From contig JBBRPR010000001.1 in NCBI GenBank assembly GCA_038227875.1, forward strand, positions 192,001 to 256,000: 64,000 bases of DNA. The letters are read 5' to 3'. Source of the stretch: Planctomycetota bacterium. GTDB lineage: Bacteria > Planctomycetota > SZUA-567 > H5-PLA8. Position 1 is the first letter of the stretch, and every line of letters starts with the position of its first letter. Shown here piece after piece: positions 27,801 to 37,742 of the stretch. Position numbers and translations under genes: made by a program. The notes beneath the pieces are model-generated. The model saw only the letters and a list, made by a program, of their open reading frames with translations. It was not told the origin of the DNA and searched no databases.

Positions 27801-28544
27801 AAGGATGCCGCCGCGCAGTGCGAATTCGCCGCGCACTTCCGCCTGGCCTACGCGTTCGTAACCGGCCTCGCCCAGCTTGCGGCCGAGGAGAATCGGATCA
27901 TGGTCGTCGCCGGTGCGCAGCGTGATCGTTTGCGCGGCGTCGGCGGGAGATTCTGTCGGCTGCAGCAACGCGGTGATGGGCGCAGCGAGCAGGTAGCATT
28001 CGGGCAGCACGCCGGTTCCGGCACGGATTTCACGCAACCGGTCCGTGGCGCGGCGGCGGCCGGCGAGCGTCAGACCTTCCGGCCGGTCGGACTCCGTCGG
28101 CAGCACGTCCCACGCGGGAAAGAGCGTGCTTTCGAGAAAGAGACCCTTGCGCAGATCTTCGGGAATCGTGGAGGTCGCCGGCAGACCGGCGTCGGCCCAC
28201 TGTTCCTCGCGCGCCATCCGGGCGATGGCCTTCTCGCGCTTCTGCGCTGCGTTGGCCGTCTGCGGAGCAGGCGCGTCGACGGTGTGTTCAAGCGAAACGA
28301 AGGTACGCACGTCGGCGACGGCATCGAGCGCGCTTTCCGGGCCATCGGTCACCAGCAGTACGACTGAAGGCCGTTTCCCGACGCGCATACGCCCGAGCGC
28401 CCCGGCGACGAGCGACCGCGACGCGCCGATCAGTCCCGTGACGGCGGCGTGGACGCGGGTTTTTCCGGTGGGCTTTTTGAAGCTATCGAGTTCGGAAAGA
28501 GCCGACAGCCGGGCGTAGAGGGAACGGGCACTCATGGGTTCCAT
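24873..28544 (-). CDS. mfd: Transcription-repair coupling factor Mfd
   Basis: GEFALRGGILDIF, GDHVVHAAHGIARY, DRLICGDVGFGKTEVA, DEEQRFGV, TATPIPRTL, QLRGRVGR, DLEIRGAGN. Confidence 0.97.
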   Translation of the reverse strand: MEPMSARSLYARLSALSELDSFKKPTGKTRVHAAVTGLIGASRSLVAGALGRMRVGKRPSVVLLVTDGPESALDAVADVRTFVSLEHTVDAPAPQTANAAQKREKAIARMAREEQWADAGLPATSTIPEDLRKGLFLESTLFPAWDVLPTESDRPEGLTLAGRRRATDRLREIRAGTGVLPECYLLAAPITALLQPTESPADAAQTITLRTGDDHDPILLGRKLGEAGYERVGQAEVRGEFALRGGILDIFPYTSETPFRIDFNGDTIESIKPFDPISQRSDEPVDAIAFADASPEALKKLFSPGASSGPYSILDHLPDGALIIFQDPARLRQRGELYRASLVSGRSISFSVEELLATVAARLDSLQMLGGWETPGEEDAPGESDGSTSPAPSFQGGEKGAFGTGPVSDAQTAASPPVFALPSTIELTIACTTLQRLAGDVAKNADTWKHVVAEREQVVVFCETPGHRQRLQTLLEEAGVMQHPGAKAKKSEHAVRLVLGKISGGFDLRSADLAVIPDREILGLSRHAADKETAPKRKQAPGTVAIQHLMDLQLGDHVVHAAHGIARYLGLARLEKSGRTEDYLTLMFANDVKLYVPAAHIGWVSKYIGGHSNLELSTIGSKVWSRKKERAEKALRDIAEDLLKLQAARKSLPGIVFGPDNEWQEQFEHAFPYKETVDQLTAIDAVKTDMQATCPMDRLICGDVGFGKTEVALRAAFKAANAGKQVAVLAPTTLLAEQHGRTFKERFSGFPFVVDTLSRFKTPGEQKRLLERLETGRVDVVIGTHRLLQKDVRFKDLGLAVIDEEQRFGVEHKEFFKHLRRSIDVMTLTATPIPRTLHMALLGLRDISNLTTPPRNRRPIMTKVARVSDDLLRRAILREISRGGQVFVVHPRVKDIEEFRTRLQDLLPEARFAVGHGQMGGDALEEVMEAFLHHKIDVLVSTTIVESGLDIPSANTILIHEADHFGLSELHQLRGRVGRSDVQAYCYLLLPETSALTPEGLRRLRALEEFDELGAGFQLALKDLEIRGAGNVLGRQQSGEIAEIGYDLYCKLLDATVRSIRGEKVEETMECNVQLRGAAYIPEDYVQDDKVTLEIYRRLDACRADAEIDSLKDELTERFGALPPPGVRMFEEAKLRLLARAARVPYVGLDEAEGRIILKLHGWDMKASDRALRGLPEVKGIRILDGETLSFGMDLKSKHNEAALRQRVRNLLEPLAMYRKRME

Positions 28545-28654
28545 TAGAACGGAAAAGAGGTGGGATGCAACGGGAGCGCCCCGCGTGACGAATCCCGCTT
28601 GAAAAAGCCACGCACGCCGCGCAAATTTAACGCAACTTCAGGAGTATCTCCACG

Positions 28655-30172
28655 GTGGCGGCTATTGTCTGGTGGGCCCTGCTCGCCGGTCTGTTAATCT
28701 TCAACAAGCCCTTTGCGTCAATCGGTATGCCGCCGCTGTACATCAGCGAGTGCGCGATCGTGATTGTAATGCTGGCGCGTTTCCGCAAGGACGCGCTGGA
28801 ACTGCTGCGCGATTCGTGGGCCTTTCGGCTCATCGCGGTCTTCTTTCTTTACGGCTCGGTCCGCGCCCTGTTTGGCGCGCGCGAACACGGTTTCATCGCG
28901 CTGCGCGACGGCGTGTTCGCCGGCTACGCCATCGCGGCGCTGCTGGCAGTGCAGGCATGGCGGTCCGAGAAGGACGTCGATGCGTCCGACCTGATCCGGC
29001 ACGTCGAGGCCATGTTCCTGACGATTGCGACGCTGGCGGGCCTGCTTTCCACGCTCATCGCGTTTGGTTATGTCCATTTTTCATGGCTGGTGGCCGCGGG
29101 CAAGGCCGATTTGTTCGCGCTGTCGGCGGCCCTCGCGGCGTGGGCATGGTGGATGCGGAGCGTCGCGTGGATTCCGCGCGAATCAGCACCGGGGCCGTCT
29201 CCAAACGACTCGCGTAGCTGGAAAAAAGTTGCTCCCGCCGTCGGCCTCGCACTTTTTTTCTCCTTTGTTTTTCTGACGCGATTTCAGATCCGTTCGGTGC
29301 TCCTCGGCATCGTTCCGGTAACGCTTGCGGTGGTTGTCGCCGTTTGCCACACGCGGCGACGGCAAGCCGTGCTTGGTGCTCTGGCACTGGTAATGTTGAT
29401 TCTGATCGGCCCGTCGCGCCTAATGAAGCCGCTGGCGGTATTCAGCAGCGTCGACCAGGAATACAAGCTCGATGCCGGCTTGGAAGCCCAGGCCGTGGCG
29501 CCGGCGCTCGCGCCTCCGGGCCCTTCTCCCGCTCCTCCTCTTCCACCTCTTCCGCCTCCTGCGCCGACGCCACCTCCTGTGGTGCCGGCAGGGCCTGTGG
29601 ACGTCTACAATCCGGCGCCGCACAATTGGGATGAATCGTGGGAGCGCCTGACCAGCGTCTACAATTCTGACATCAACGGGTTTTCGAGTTCGGCGGGCCA
29701 GGGCGGTGCCATAAATGTCCGCTGGCGCGCGGCGTTCTGGGTGCGCTGTTGCCGCGTCACCCTGCACGATTCGCCGCTCTGGGGACTGGGATTCGGCACC
29801 AATCTGACCGATGTCATGCGCGATACATCCGCGTGGCCCATGTACGAGCTCAGCCAGAAGATGGTTCCGCCCAACCGCAATCCGCACAACGCTCACGTCA
29901 CCATTTTTTCGCGGCTGGGTTTTGTTGGCCTATTCTTGTGGCTGGGAATACTGGCAGTTGTGAGCATCCAGACTCTCCGTAAGCTGCACCGCTGCGCGAA
30001 GGGAAGTTCACGCGAGACGGACGCGGAGTTCTGGGCCGGGCTGACGGTTTTCGGTGCGTGGCTTTTCTTTCTCTCCGCGATGTCCGTCGGCGTCGTGCTC
30101 GAAAGCCCGATGGGCGGATTGTGGTTCTGGTCGCTGACGGGTGTGTTGGGTTTTTGGAGCAAAGGGGACTGA
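28655..30172 (+). CDS. O-antigen ligase/Wzy_C-family membrane protein
   Basis: Multiple TM helices; RWRAAFW..SPLWGLGFG..PHNAHVTIFSRLGFVGL. Confidence 0.8.
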   Translation: MAAIVWWALLAGLLIFNKPFASIGMPPLYISECAIVIVMLARFRKDALELLRDSWAFRLIAVFFLYGSVRALFGAREHGFIALRDGVFAGYAIAALLAVQAWRSEKDVDASDLIRHVEAMFLTIATLAGLLSTLIAFGYVHFSWLVAAGKADLFALSAALAAWAWWMRSVAWIPRESAPGPSPNDSRSWKKVAPAVGLALFFSFVFLTRFQIRSVLLGIVPVTLAVVVAVCHTRRRQAVLGALALVMLILIGPSRLMKPLAVFSSVDQEYKLDAGLEAQAVAPALAPPGPSPAPPLPPLPPPAPTPPPVVPAGPVDVYNPAPHNWDESWERLTSVYNSDINGFSSSAGQGGAINVRWRAAFWVRCCRVTLHDSPLWGLGFGTNLTDVMRDTSAWPMYELSQKMVPPNRNPHNAHVTIFSRLGFVGLFLWLGILAVVSIQTLRKLHRCAKGSSRETDAEFWAGLTVFGAWLFFLSAMSVGVVLESPMGGLWFWSLTGVLGFWSKGD

Positions 30173-31012
30173 ATGCTGCGCCAACTCGCCAAGCAGTTGC
30201 TCCGCGCCACGCTGGCCGAGCGCGTGGAAATGCCGCGCGCGCAGCGCCAGTTGATGTCCGCGCCCGGCCTTTCGCCCTTGGACGTCGCGATGCTGGAGCA
30301 GGTGTCGTTGCGCGTCGATCCCAACGAAGAGATGTATCGTCCATTCCGGGCTGAACATTATTTGAATGTGGGTCTGTCGACAGTGCACGCCATCGACGCG
30401 GCCTTGAAAGTTGCGGGTCCGATGTCCGGCGGCGTTCAGAACATTCTCGATTTTCCCTGCGGACACGGGCGGGTGATGCGATTCCTGCGGCTGCGCTTTC
30501 CGCGAGCATCGATCTACGCCGCGGAGCTGGAAACCACCGGCCTCGAATTCTGCCGTGTCAATTTCGATGCCAAGCCCGTCCCGACCTCGTCTGACTTCGA
30601 TGCGCTGACGCTGATCACGAAGTTCGACCTGATCTGGTGCGGTTCGCTGCTGACGCATACCAATGAAGCCAGCACCGCGGCGCTGCTCCGTTTTTTTCAT
30701 CGCCATCTGATGCCTGCGGGCATCTGCGTGTTCACCACGCATGGCGACTATCCGGCGGAAAATCTCGAACGTGGCCTTCACGGCTACGGTTTGCCCACCG
30801 ACGCGCAGAAGACCATTGTCGCACAATACCGCGAGAAGGGCTTCGGCTTTGGCGCGTACGCCGGTCAGACGAATTATGGGATCTCGCTGGCTACGCACGA
30901 ACGGATGAAAACCATTGCCACTGAGGCCGGCGGGTGGAAGGAACTCTACTTCACGCCGCGCGGCTGGGACAATCACCAGGACATCCACGCGTATCAACGC
31001 GCCGCCGATTAG
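30173..31012 (+). CDS. Class I SAM-dependent methyltransferase
   Basis: ILDFPCGHGRVMR, FDLIWCGSLLTH, GICVFTTHG; abuts the upstream stop codon. Confidence 0.88.
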   Translation: MLRQLAKQLLRATLAERVEMPRAQRQLMSAPGLSPLDVAMLEQVSLRVDPNEEMYRPFRAEHYLNVGLSTVHAIDAALKVAGPMSGGVQNILDFPCGHGRVMRFLRLRFPRASIYAAELETTGLEFCRVNFDAKPVPTSSDFDALTLITKFDLIWCGSLLTHTNEASTAALLRFFHRHLMPAGICVFTTHGDYPAENLERGLHGYGLPTDAQKTIVAQYREKGFGFGAYAGQTNYGISLATHERMKTIATEAGGWKELYFTPRGWDNHQDIHAYQRAAD

Positions 31013-31017
31013 CGCAG

Positions 31018-31668
31018 TTATTTCTTCCGCTCGTCCATGGTATTTCCCCACGACGTAACTTCCATCACGACCTGCAGCGTGTCGATGGTGTTGAGCTGGC
31101 GCACGAAACCGCCGCCGGTTTTCGGGACGACTTCGCGCTTGTCGTCGGGGGCCTGCAGTTCGCGTACGACGCCGCCGAACGGCACGCCGTCGGCAATCAC
31201 CTTGTGATACTTGGCGAGCTTCATCGCGGTGGTTTCGCCGTTCCATTCCTTCAGCGCGGTGACGATCAGTCCTTCGAAGCCTTCGCAGGCAAGTTTCACG
31301 CCGTTGAGTTTCTGTTTGAACGTGCCGGTGCTTTTCATCTCCACTTCGCGCGGTTTCCCGGCGCTCTCGTTGCGCGAGATCTTGCGTTTGCGTTCGGTTT
31401 TCTTGCCGGAGGACTCTGACACTTCGTCGATGTAGACGAAGTCGGAATCGAGTTCGCGAATCTCCGTGCGCGTGGTCGCGCCGCCGGAAAATTTGCGGAC
31501 GATGTAATCGCCGACGCGCGCCGACTTCACCCACGGTTCGAAGGGCAGGGGCGTGGCCTGCTGCTCGATCCGGTCGGCCAGTGTCTCCGCCTTGGTCGCG
31601 CCGTCTTCAGCTCGGGTGAACGGACAGAGGCATAGCACTACCGCCAGAAATAAGGCGTAACGTGGCAA
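31018..31668 (-). CDS. Hypothetical secreted protein (~216 aa)
   Basis: TTG start with AGGAG RBS; signal peptide YALFLAVVLCLCPFTRA|ED; host-like codon usage. Confidence 0.7.
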   Translation of the reverse strand: MPRYALFLAVVLCLCPFTRAEDGATKAETLADRIEQQATPLPFEPWVKSARVGDYIVRKFSGGATTRTEIRELDSDFVYIDEVSESSGKKTERKRKISRNESAGKPREVEMKSTGTFKQKLNGVKLACEGFEGLIVTALKEWNGETTAMKLAKYHKVIADGVPFGGVVRELQAPDDKREVVPKTGGGFVRQLNTIDTLQVVMEVTSWGNTMDERKK

Positions 31669-31790
31669 ACGATCTCTCCTGTGATGAATCGTTAAGGAGA
31701 GACGAGCGTAACCGCGATTCGCTGTGAAAAAGTGATAAAAAAACGGCGACAGGTCGTCGCCGTTCGTACGAGTTTTAAAGGTAGCTACGC

Positions 31791-33710
31791 TTACGGAGCG
31801 TCGATGCGTGCGCCGCCGGTGTTGCGCTTGGGGCGCTCGTCGGGGAGTTGGTCGCGGGTTTTTCCGGCGTTGGCCTTGCACCAGTCGAGAATTTTGTCGA
31901 TGTGCTTTTTCTTGCCCTCGGCGTCCAGGTTGGAATAAATCCCAATTTCGGAAAGGTCGCGTTTCGCGGCCTCATTCAGGACCGTGCTGATCACCCAATT
32001 GACCTGATGCAGCGTGCGCTTGGAGTGGAACTCGCGCCAGTAGCTGAACGTCGGGATGAAATTCTCGTCAGCGAGAAACGGCGCGAGGATGGCCATGTCA
32101 GCGACTTCAAGTTTCATGTTCGTCAGCTCATTGTATGGATTGATTACCGCCGTTCCCTGGCCGACCATGCCTTGACCGCGGCTGAAGGGTTGCGCGGTCT
32201 GCGGGTCTGCATAGTTCACATCGCCGGGCTGGCCCATCTGGATGCAGTTGAGCAACCGCATGTGTTCGGCGAGGAACTTGATCTGTTCGTCGCGCTTGAG
32301 CGTCTTCTTCAGCTCTTCCCACTTCGCCGGTTCTGGCAGGGCGAACTTTTTGAAATCGTCCTCGCGCTTGGCGAGTTGTGCGGCCAGCAGCTTCGTGCGT
32401 TCCTGATAGTTATAGTCGTCGAATACCGGCTTGCTGAGGTGCTTGGCGAGCGCCAGCGTCGCGGGGAAATCGCGCGCGTGCGAGAAAGCGACGAGCATCT
32501 TCTGGAAATACTGGTGGCCGAGCAGATCGCGCGTGACCCAGCCGACCCAGCGGTCGTCGGCGGTGGCGTCGATGCGCGGAAAGAGCAGCGCGGCCGCGCT
32601 GGCCTTGTCGCCGTGCGTGAAGCACCACGCGGCGACGAGCGCTTCTGGCACACTGACGAATTTGGGTTCGAATTGCGCCGTCGCCATACCCATGCGCGAG
32701 AGCGACGAGAGATCGTTGCTGGCTGCGCGGACCTCCAGCAGCGCCTTGGCTTCCTCGGCCAGCGTGCGCGGCGTGGCAGTCACGCCGGTTTCGGTCTTGC
32801 CGGTGGCCGTTGCGTTTTTGGAGAGGAAACGTTCCGTGCCGAAGTAATCGACGACATGGTACGTGCCATCCTTTTCGTCCAGCACATAGCCGCTGAATTC
32901 GCCTTCGCCCTTTCCGCCCTTGTTGCCGCTTAGTGCGAAGTGCATCCACTTCGCGTCCTTGGGAATCTCGACGACGACCATGCCGGCGATGTTCTTCAGT
33001 TCCTGTTCGAGCCACGGCGAGAATGCCGCCTCGGGCTTGTAGTCGGGAATTTTAGCGATGCCGAGTTTCGGGGCCGCGTCGCGAGCGGCCTCGCGGACGC
33101 TGGTGCGGAAATGCCCGCAGAGCTTCGTGATTTCAGGCGCGAGTTCTTTCAGGCCGCGCGCGGCGACTTCCTCGATCACACTCTTTGCCACGCTGGCGTT
33201 GGGATGTGGCTGCTGCAAGAGCTTCCTGAAGATTTCGACGCTCTTCGGACCTTTGACACGCTTCAATGCATCCATGCCGGCGGGTTGATTGCGCGGATCT
33301 TTTTCGCTGTCGATCAACCACAGCGCGGCGTCGAGCGCGCCGTCGCCCTGTGCGTCCTTACTGAACGCGGCTGCGAGCTTGGCACGGAAATCACGCGCAT
33401 CGGACGACGTTCCGCCGCCGCCGAAGAACGGCGATCGCTTTACCGGCGAGCGTCCATTGCTTTCGTCAGCATAGAGCTGTTTGAAAAGCGCCGTGATGTA
33501 CGCGCTGGCCGCTTTGCTTTTGGCGGCGTCTGTTGATGCCAGATCCGTTAGTGCGGGTTTGTACGGTGGCTCTTTTTTCGTATCGGCGTAGAAAGCCGTC
33601 AGGTCGTCAAACGCGCGCTTACCCTCCGCGCCCTCCGCCGCTTGTTTGGGCGCATCGGAAGCCACTGCAGAGAGTGTTGCAAGAAGTACAACCACCAAGG
33701 CATTTCGCAT
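31791..33710 (-). CDS. Hypothetical secreted protein with HEAT-like helical repeats
   Basis: Signal peptide MRNALVVVLLATLSAVA; GAGGAGG RBS; 639-aa ORF with strong codon bias. Confidence 0.75.
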   Translation of the reverse strand: MRNALVVVLLATLSAVASDAPKQAAEGAEGKRAFDDLTAFYADTKKEPPYKPALTDLASTDAAKSKAASAYITALFKQLYADESNGRSPVKRSPFFGGGGTSSDARDFRAKLAAAFSKDAQGDGALDAALWLIDSEKDPRNQPAGMDALKRVKGPKSVEIFRKLLQQPHPNASVAKSVIEEVAARGLKELAPEITKLCGHFRTSVREAARDAAPKLGIAKIPDYKPEAAFSPWLEQELKNIAGMVVVEIPKDAKWMHFALSGNKGGKGEGEFSGYVLDEKDGTYHVVDYFGTERFLSKNATATGKTETGVTATPRTLAEEAKALLEVRAASNDLSSLSRMGMATAQFEPKFVSVPEALVAAWCFTHGDKASAAALLFPRIDATADDRWVGWVTRDLLGHQYFQKMLVAFSHARDFPATLALAKHLSKPVFDDYNYQERTKLLAAQLAKREDDFKKFALPEPAKWEELKKTLKRDEQIKFLAEHMRLLNCIQMGQPGDVNYADPQTAQPFSRGQGMVGQGTAVINPYNELTNMKLEVADMAILAPFLADENFIPTFSYWREFHSKRTLHQVNWVISTVLNEAAKRDLSEIGIYSNLDAEGKKKHIDKILDWCKANAGKTRDQLPDERPKRNTGGARIDAP

Positions 33711-33878
33711 CTAAAAATATCCTCCTCAGAATACTGCGTCAGGGTTGGAGCCTTCACGCGCGAAAAAGTTTCAGAAATTAAATTCTTCGCCGGTGGTGCA
33801 TAACGACCTTCCGTTCCGTCCACTCATCGTTCATCATTCGTAGTTCAGATTTCAAGGGACGTCCGGAGGAAGGAAGAC

Positions 33879-34718
33879 GTGTCGATCGGCCACAACGGCT
33901 ACCCGCTCACCGTGCGGGAAATGTTTTACCGCGAAGCGACCGGCGATTACCACGTGCCCGCGCACACGCAGAGCGGGCCGCAGTGGTATTGCGTTATTCA
34001 TGGGTGCGTGGAGCATCGTATCGACGGGCAGAGCTTTCTGTTGCGTCCGCTGGAATCGCTCATTATTCCCGCCGGCACCGTGCGCGAGCCACAGGCGCGC
34101 GCGAAGTCGGTCGGCTATATCGTCGGCACGTTCGACAACAAGCGTTTGAATCTCAGCGCGATCGAGCGCCGGAAACTGCTTTGTCCTCCTTTGTTGCGAA
34201 GCGAACTCAATGCGCTGGTGGAAGAACTTCGAGCCGGCCCGTCGGACGAACAGCAGGACATGGTCCTGTTGCTGCTCTCGCGATTGCTGATCGGACTGCG
34301 TCGCAGCGCGCCAGCCAAATCCGGGAAGGCAGAGGCGCGGACGATTCAATCGCCGTTGAATTTCAACGGCAACCAGGCGTTGGTGGCCAGGGTCGAAAAC
34401 TACATGCGCGCCAATCTCCAGCATCCGCTCGAACGCGCGGACTTGGCGCAGGTGGCGCATCTGTCGCCGTCGCATCTGGCGCGCGTCTTCCGTGCGACGA
34501 CGGGAAAATCCCCTCTGGAGCGCCTGACGGAAATCCGCATCGCGCAGGCCTGCGCAATGCTCGGGGAAAGTTCATTGCCGATCACGCGTATCGCGCTGGA
34601 AGTCGGCTTCAATTCGTTCAGCCACTTCACATCGCTCTTCAAGAAAAAGATGGGCGCCTCGCCGTCGCAATACCGCAAGACGGGCGGATGTTTCTGGAAA
34701 GTCTACGGAACGAAGTGA
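33879..34718 (+). CDS. AraC-family transcriptional regulator
   Basis: Cupin-like N-terminus; LAQVAHLSPSHLARVF..ITRIALEVGFNSFSHFTSLFKK..SPSQYR. Confidence 0.93.
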   Translation: MSIGHNGYPLTVREMFYREATGDYHVPAHTQSGPQWYCVIHGCVEHRIDGQSFLLRPLESLIIPAGTVREPQARAKSVGYIVGTFDNKRLNLSAIERRKLLCPPLLRSELNALVEELRAGPSDEQQDMVLLLLSRLLIGLRRSAPAKSGKAEARTIQSPLNFNGNQALVARVENYMRANLQHPLERADLAQVAHLSPSHLARVFRATTGKSPLERLTEIRIAQACAMLGESSLPITRIALEVGFNSFSHFTSLFKKKMGASPSQYRKTGGCFWKVYGTK

Positions 34719-34730
34719 CGCTCTTTCGCG

Positions 34731-37529
34731 TCACCGGAACCACAGCATTGGCAAATAGCGGTAGTACGTCTCCAGCGTCAGCGTGCACATCGACGTCGAG
34801 TAAATCAGTCCGCCGACATCGCCATCGAAGCCGATCGCCGGATATGCACCGGAGTTGGGTTCGGGAAATTTGTACTGGGCGCTCACGAGCGACGTTTTGA
34901 CGGCATTGTTCCACATCGTCCAGTCTTCGCCACCCATCTGATGCATAAAGAGAGTGCCGTAATAATAGTAGTAGATGGGCACGGCGTACTTGGCGTTGGC
35001 GGCGGCTTTGTGCCACTGCAACTGCGGAAGATTTTTCTTCAGGTGGTTGGCGGCGCCGATACAGAACGGATGCGAGCGCGCGAAGCCCATGAAAATCATG
35101 TTCGCGCCGGTGATCGCCGTGCCGCTGGTACTCAAGCGCGGGTCAATCTGCATGTACTGGCCGGTGGCGTCCTCAGTGTATTCCGAGCCAATGGATTTTT
35201 CGTAATCGTCAGAGACATCTTTCGGCGCTTCGACGAATTTCGGCATGCGGCTGATCGTTTTAAAAAACGCGAGCGTGCTCGGGCGGTAGCGCGGATCGAC
35301 ATCAAGGCCCGCCATCAGCCCCGACTTGATCGCGTTGATCATCCAGCCGACCACAGATGTGTCGGAGTACAACCGCGGCACGTAGCGCCAGCCGTCCCCG
35401 GGGCTCTGGCTGGAGAAAATCTTATCGAGTCCATGTTGCGCTGCGGTTTTCAGCGAATCGGACTTGGTCATCGCGTACGCTTCCGACAGCGCGAGCGTGC
35501 AGATGCCCTGCTCGTAATTAAAATAGTTCGCGCCGCCTTTGGCCACGTCGGTGACTTCTTCGTAGGAGCCATCGTCGAGCTGATGTGCGACGCACCAGTC
35601 GAGCGCGCGGATCACGGTTTCGCGGTAGATCGACTTTTCGTTCAGCGGCGTGTGATTGCTGGCGAGGAAGGCGAGAATCGAAAGTCCCGTGAGGCTGATA
35701 TCCACGTTCTGCCGGCCGAACTTCAGCGCGACCTGGTCGGTCTTCTTGCCGAAGCTCAGATCGGTGAAGTACGTGCCGTTCCACTTGCCGTCGGGGTCCT
35801 GATGTTCGGCCAGCCAGCGCAAACCCGCGGCGACGGCGGCTTCGGTGTCCTCGTCGCCTTTGAAGCGCGTGACGGCGGCGGGAATCTCCTTGCGCAGTTC
35901 CATGATGTCCAGGCTCTGCACTGCTTCGTACGCGCCATCGACCATGGGCTTGGTGGTCTTGGGTCCGTCTTTCTTGATCTCTTTGAATTTCTGCTCGATG
36001 AAGGCGAAGTTGTTCGTCGCCTTCCACCACTGCAGCCACGGCGCGGGATCGTTACCGAAATCGTGACCGGTCATCTCTGCCAGCGCGTCGCGTACGGCTT
36101 GCCGTGAAGGTTCGTCTGGAGCTTTAGCGAGGAAGTCGAAGAGCACTTCCACGGCGGCGCGATCGGTCATGCAACTGAGCAGGTCCGTCGCGCGCTGAAA
36201 CGGCACGGGACCTTTGTCGCGCAGCGCGGCGCAGGCGGTGCGGAACTTTTCGTCGGTCTCCGGCGCAGGATCGCGGAGCGCGTCGTATGCCGCGTAAATG
36301 GCAACGACATCGTCGGAAGCCTGAAACGCGACGCGCAGAATCAAATCGCGCGCCGGTGGCGTGCCCAACGCGGCGAGACCGTAAATCGCGGAGATGGTGG
36401 CTTCGCGGCGTTCTTTTTTGCGTGCGTCATTGAGCTTGTTGCCGAGGATCTCCTGCACGCGCAGTCCCAGCGTGCGGAGCGCGGCGTCTTTCGTGGCGTC
36501 GTCGGCCAGCGCAGCGCAGGCTCCGGCGGCGCGGCACCAGGCATCGTTGACGCGAAAATCCTTGTGGCTGAAAAAATCCGGACAGTCGAGCAGCAGTTTC
36601 GCGGCGTCGGGAGTCGGGTTCTTGTAAAAGTAATTTCCCATCGCCTCGAGCACATCGGGGAATGTCACACCCTTGGCCGTTTTCAGTAGCTCCAGCCACT
36701 GCTCCTTCGTCGCGAGTTTCTGCAGCATCAGCAGCGCGGCGCGGCGCGGGTAGGCATTGGGGTTTTTGAGCAGCGCGTGAGTTTCGGCTTTGGGCAACGT
36801 CTTGGTGAGCTGCGTGACCGACCACGCGCCCATCACCGATTCGACTCCATTAAAAGAGAGCTGGCTGATAATCCATGGCACGTCAGTTTCGGCGCTGCAG
36901 TTGGCCAGCAGGCGCAGACACGTGCCTTTTTCGCCGTCGATCTTTGTGGTGGTACAGAGGTTCTGGAGGAACTTGACCGTCTGCGGTGACTTTAAATTTG
37001 AGAGTGCAACGAGCGCTTCCAGTTTTACGGCGCGGTTCTGCGCGGTTGCGTACGCCTGTTCGAGAATCGGAATGTACCGCGCGTCCTGCGCCGCGCCGAT
37101 GATGAGGCACGCGTTACGCTGCTCCCACCAATTCGGCCGCGAGACCATGGTTGAGAGCTGCTGGCCGAGTTCATCCGGCGCAAACTGGCGCACGAGCAGC
37201 ACGCCAAGATTAAGCGCCGGCAGCGGACTCTGGAATTCCACGACGCGTTTGAGAACCTTGGGGAGTTCCGCGGGCTTCAAGGTCGGGATCAGAGCGCGTC
37301 CGGCGATGATCATTACTTCGGGATCGGCATCGGTATAGAACGCGTTGATGAGTACAGCTTCAGTGTTCGCAGGTTTGTCTTTGAGCAGCGTGCCCAATTG
37401 CGTGAGCCGGTCTTTTGGCGTCTTGCCAGACAGGCCTTCCAGCGCCTGCGCATTGAGCATCCCGCCGGTGATTGCCCCGAACAGCAGCAACCCACCTATA
37501 GATCGACCGCACAGTGTACGACACGTCAT
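34731..37529 (-). CDS. Secreted HEAT-repeat protein with C-terminal prenyltransferase/squalene-cyclase-like repeat domain
   Basis: HEAT-like repeats; GLRWLAEHQDPDGKW, HQLDDGSY, GWRY..SDTSVVGW, YYYYYGTL, LTLETYYRYLP. Confidence 0.85.
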   Translation of the reverse strand: MTCRTLCGRSIGGLLLFGAITGGMLNAQALEGLSGKTPKDRLTQLGTLLKDKPANTEAVLINAFYTDADPEVMIIAGRALIPTLKPAELPKVLKRVVEFQSPLPALNLGVLLVRQFAPDELGQQLSTMVSRPNWWEQRNACLIIGAAQDARYIPILEQAYATAQNRAVKLEALVALSNLKSPQTVKFLQNLCTTTKIDGEKGTCLRLLANCSAETDVPWIISQLSFNGVESVMGAWSVTQLTKTLPKAETHALLKNPNAYPRRAALLMLQKLATKEQWLELLKTAKGVTFPDVLEAMGNYFYKNPTPDAAKLLLDCPDFFSHKDFRVNDAWCRAAGACAALADDATKDAALRTLGLRVQEILGNKLNDARKKERREATISAIYGLAALGTPPARDLILRVAFQASDDVVAIYAAYDALRDPAPETDEKFRTACAALRDKGPVPFQRATDLLSCMTDRAAVEVLFDFLAKAPDEPSRQAVRDALAEMTGHDFGNDPAPWLQWWKATNNFAFIEQKFKEIKKDGPKTTKPMVDGAYEAVQSLDIMELRKEIPAAVTRFKGDEDTEAAVAAGLRWLAEHQDPDGKWNGTYFTDLSFGKKTDQVALKFGRQNVDISLTGLSILAFLASNHTPLNEKSIYRETVIRALDWCVAHQLDDGSYEEVTDVAKGGANYFNYEQGICTLALSEAYAMTKSDSLKTAAQHGLDKIFSSQSPGDGWRYVPRLYSDTSVVGWMINAIKSGLMAGLDVDPRYRPSTLAFFKTISRMPKFVEAPKDVSDDYEKSIGSEYTEDATGQYMQIDPRLSTSGTAITGANMIFMGFARSHPFCIGAANHLKKNLPQLQWHKAAANAKYAVPIYYYYYGTLFMHQMGGEDWTMWNNAVKTSLVSAQYKFPEPNSGAYPAIGFDGDVGGLIYSTSMCTLTLETYYRYLPMLWFR

Positions 37530-37742
37530 TTCAAGACCCCTCAACGGACTAGATATCATAGTGTCGAAAAGACGATTCGGCTCGCGTCTTTACTGCTATC
37601 CCCACTTTAAGACACCGCAATTGCCGATTTGTCACCCGCATTTCCGGTTACATTTGACGGCTGTAGTCGGTTACAGGGTATGGATTTCGATTGCTTACTG
37701 CACTACACTTTGATTAACAAGGTGCGGAGAGGAAAAGCGCGT

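Noticed and set aside
34731..36000. Squalene-hopene cyclase (shc)
   Set aside because: No DxDD motif, single barrel, and exported HEAT fusion
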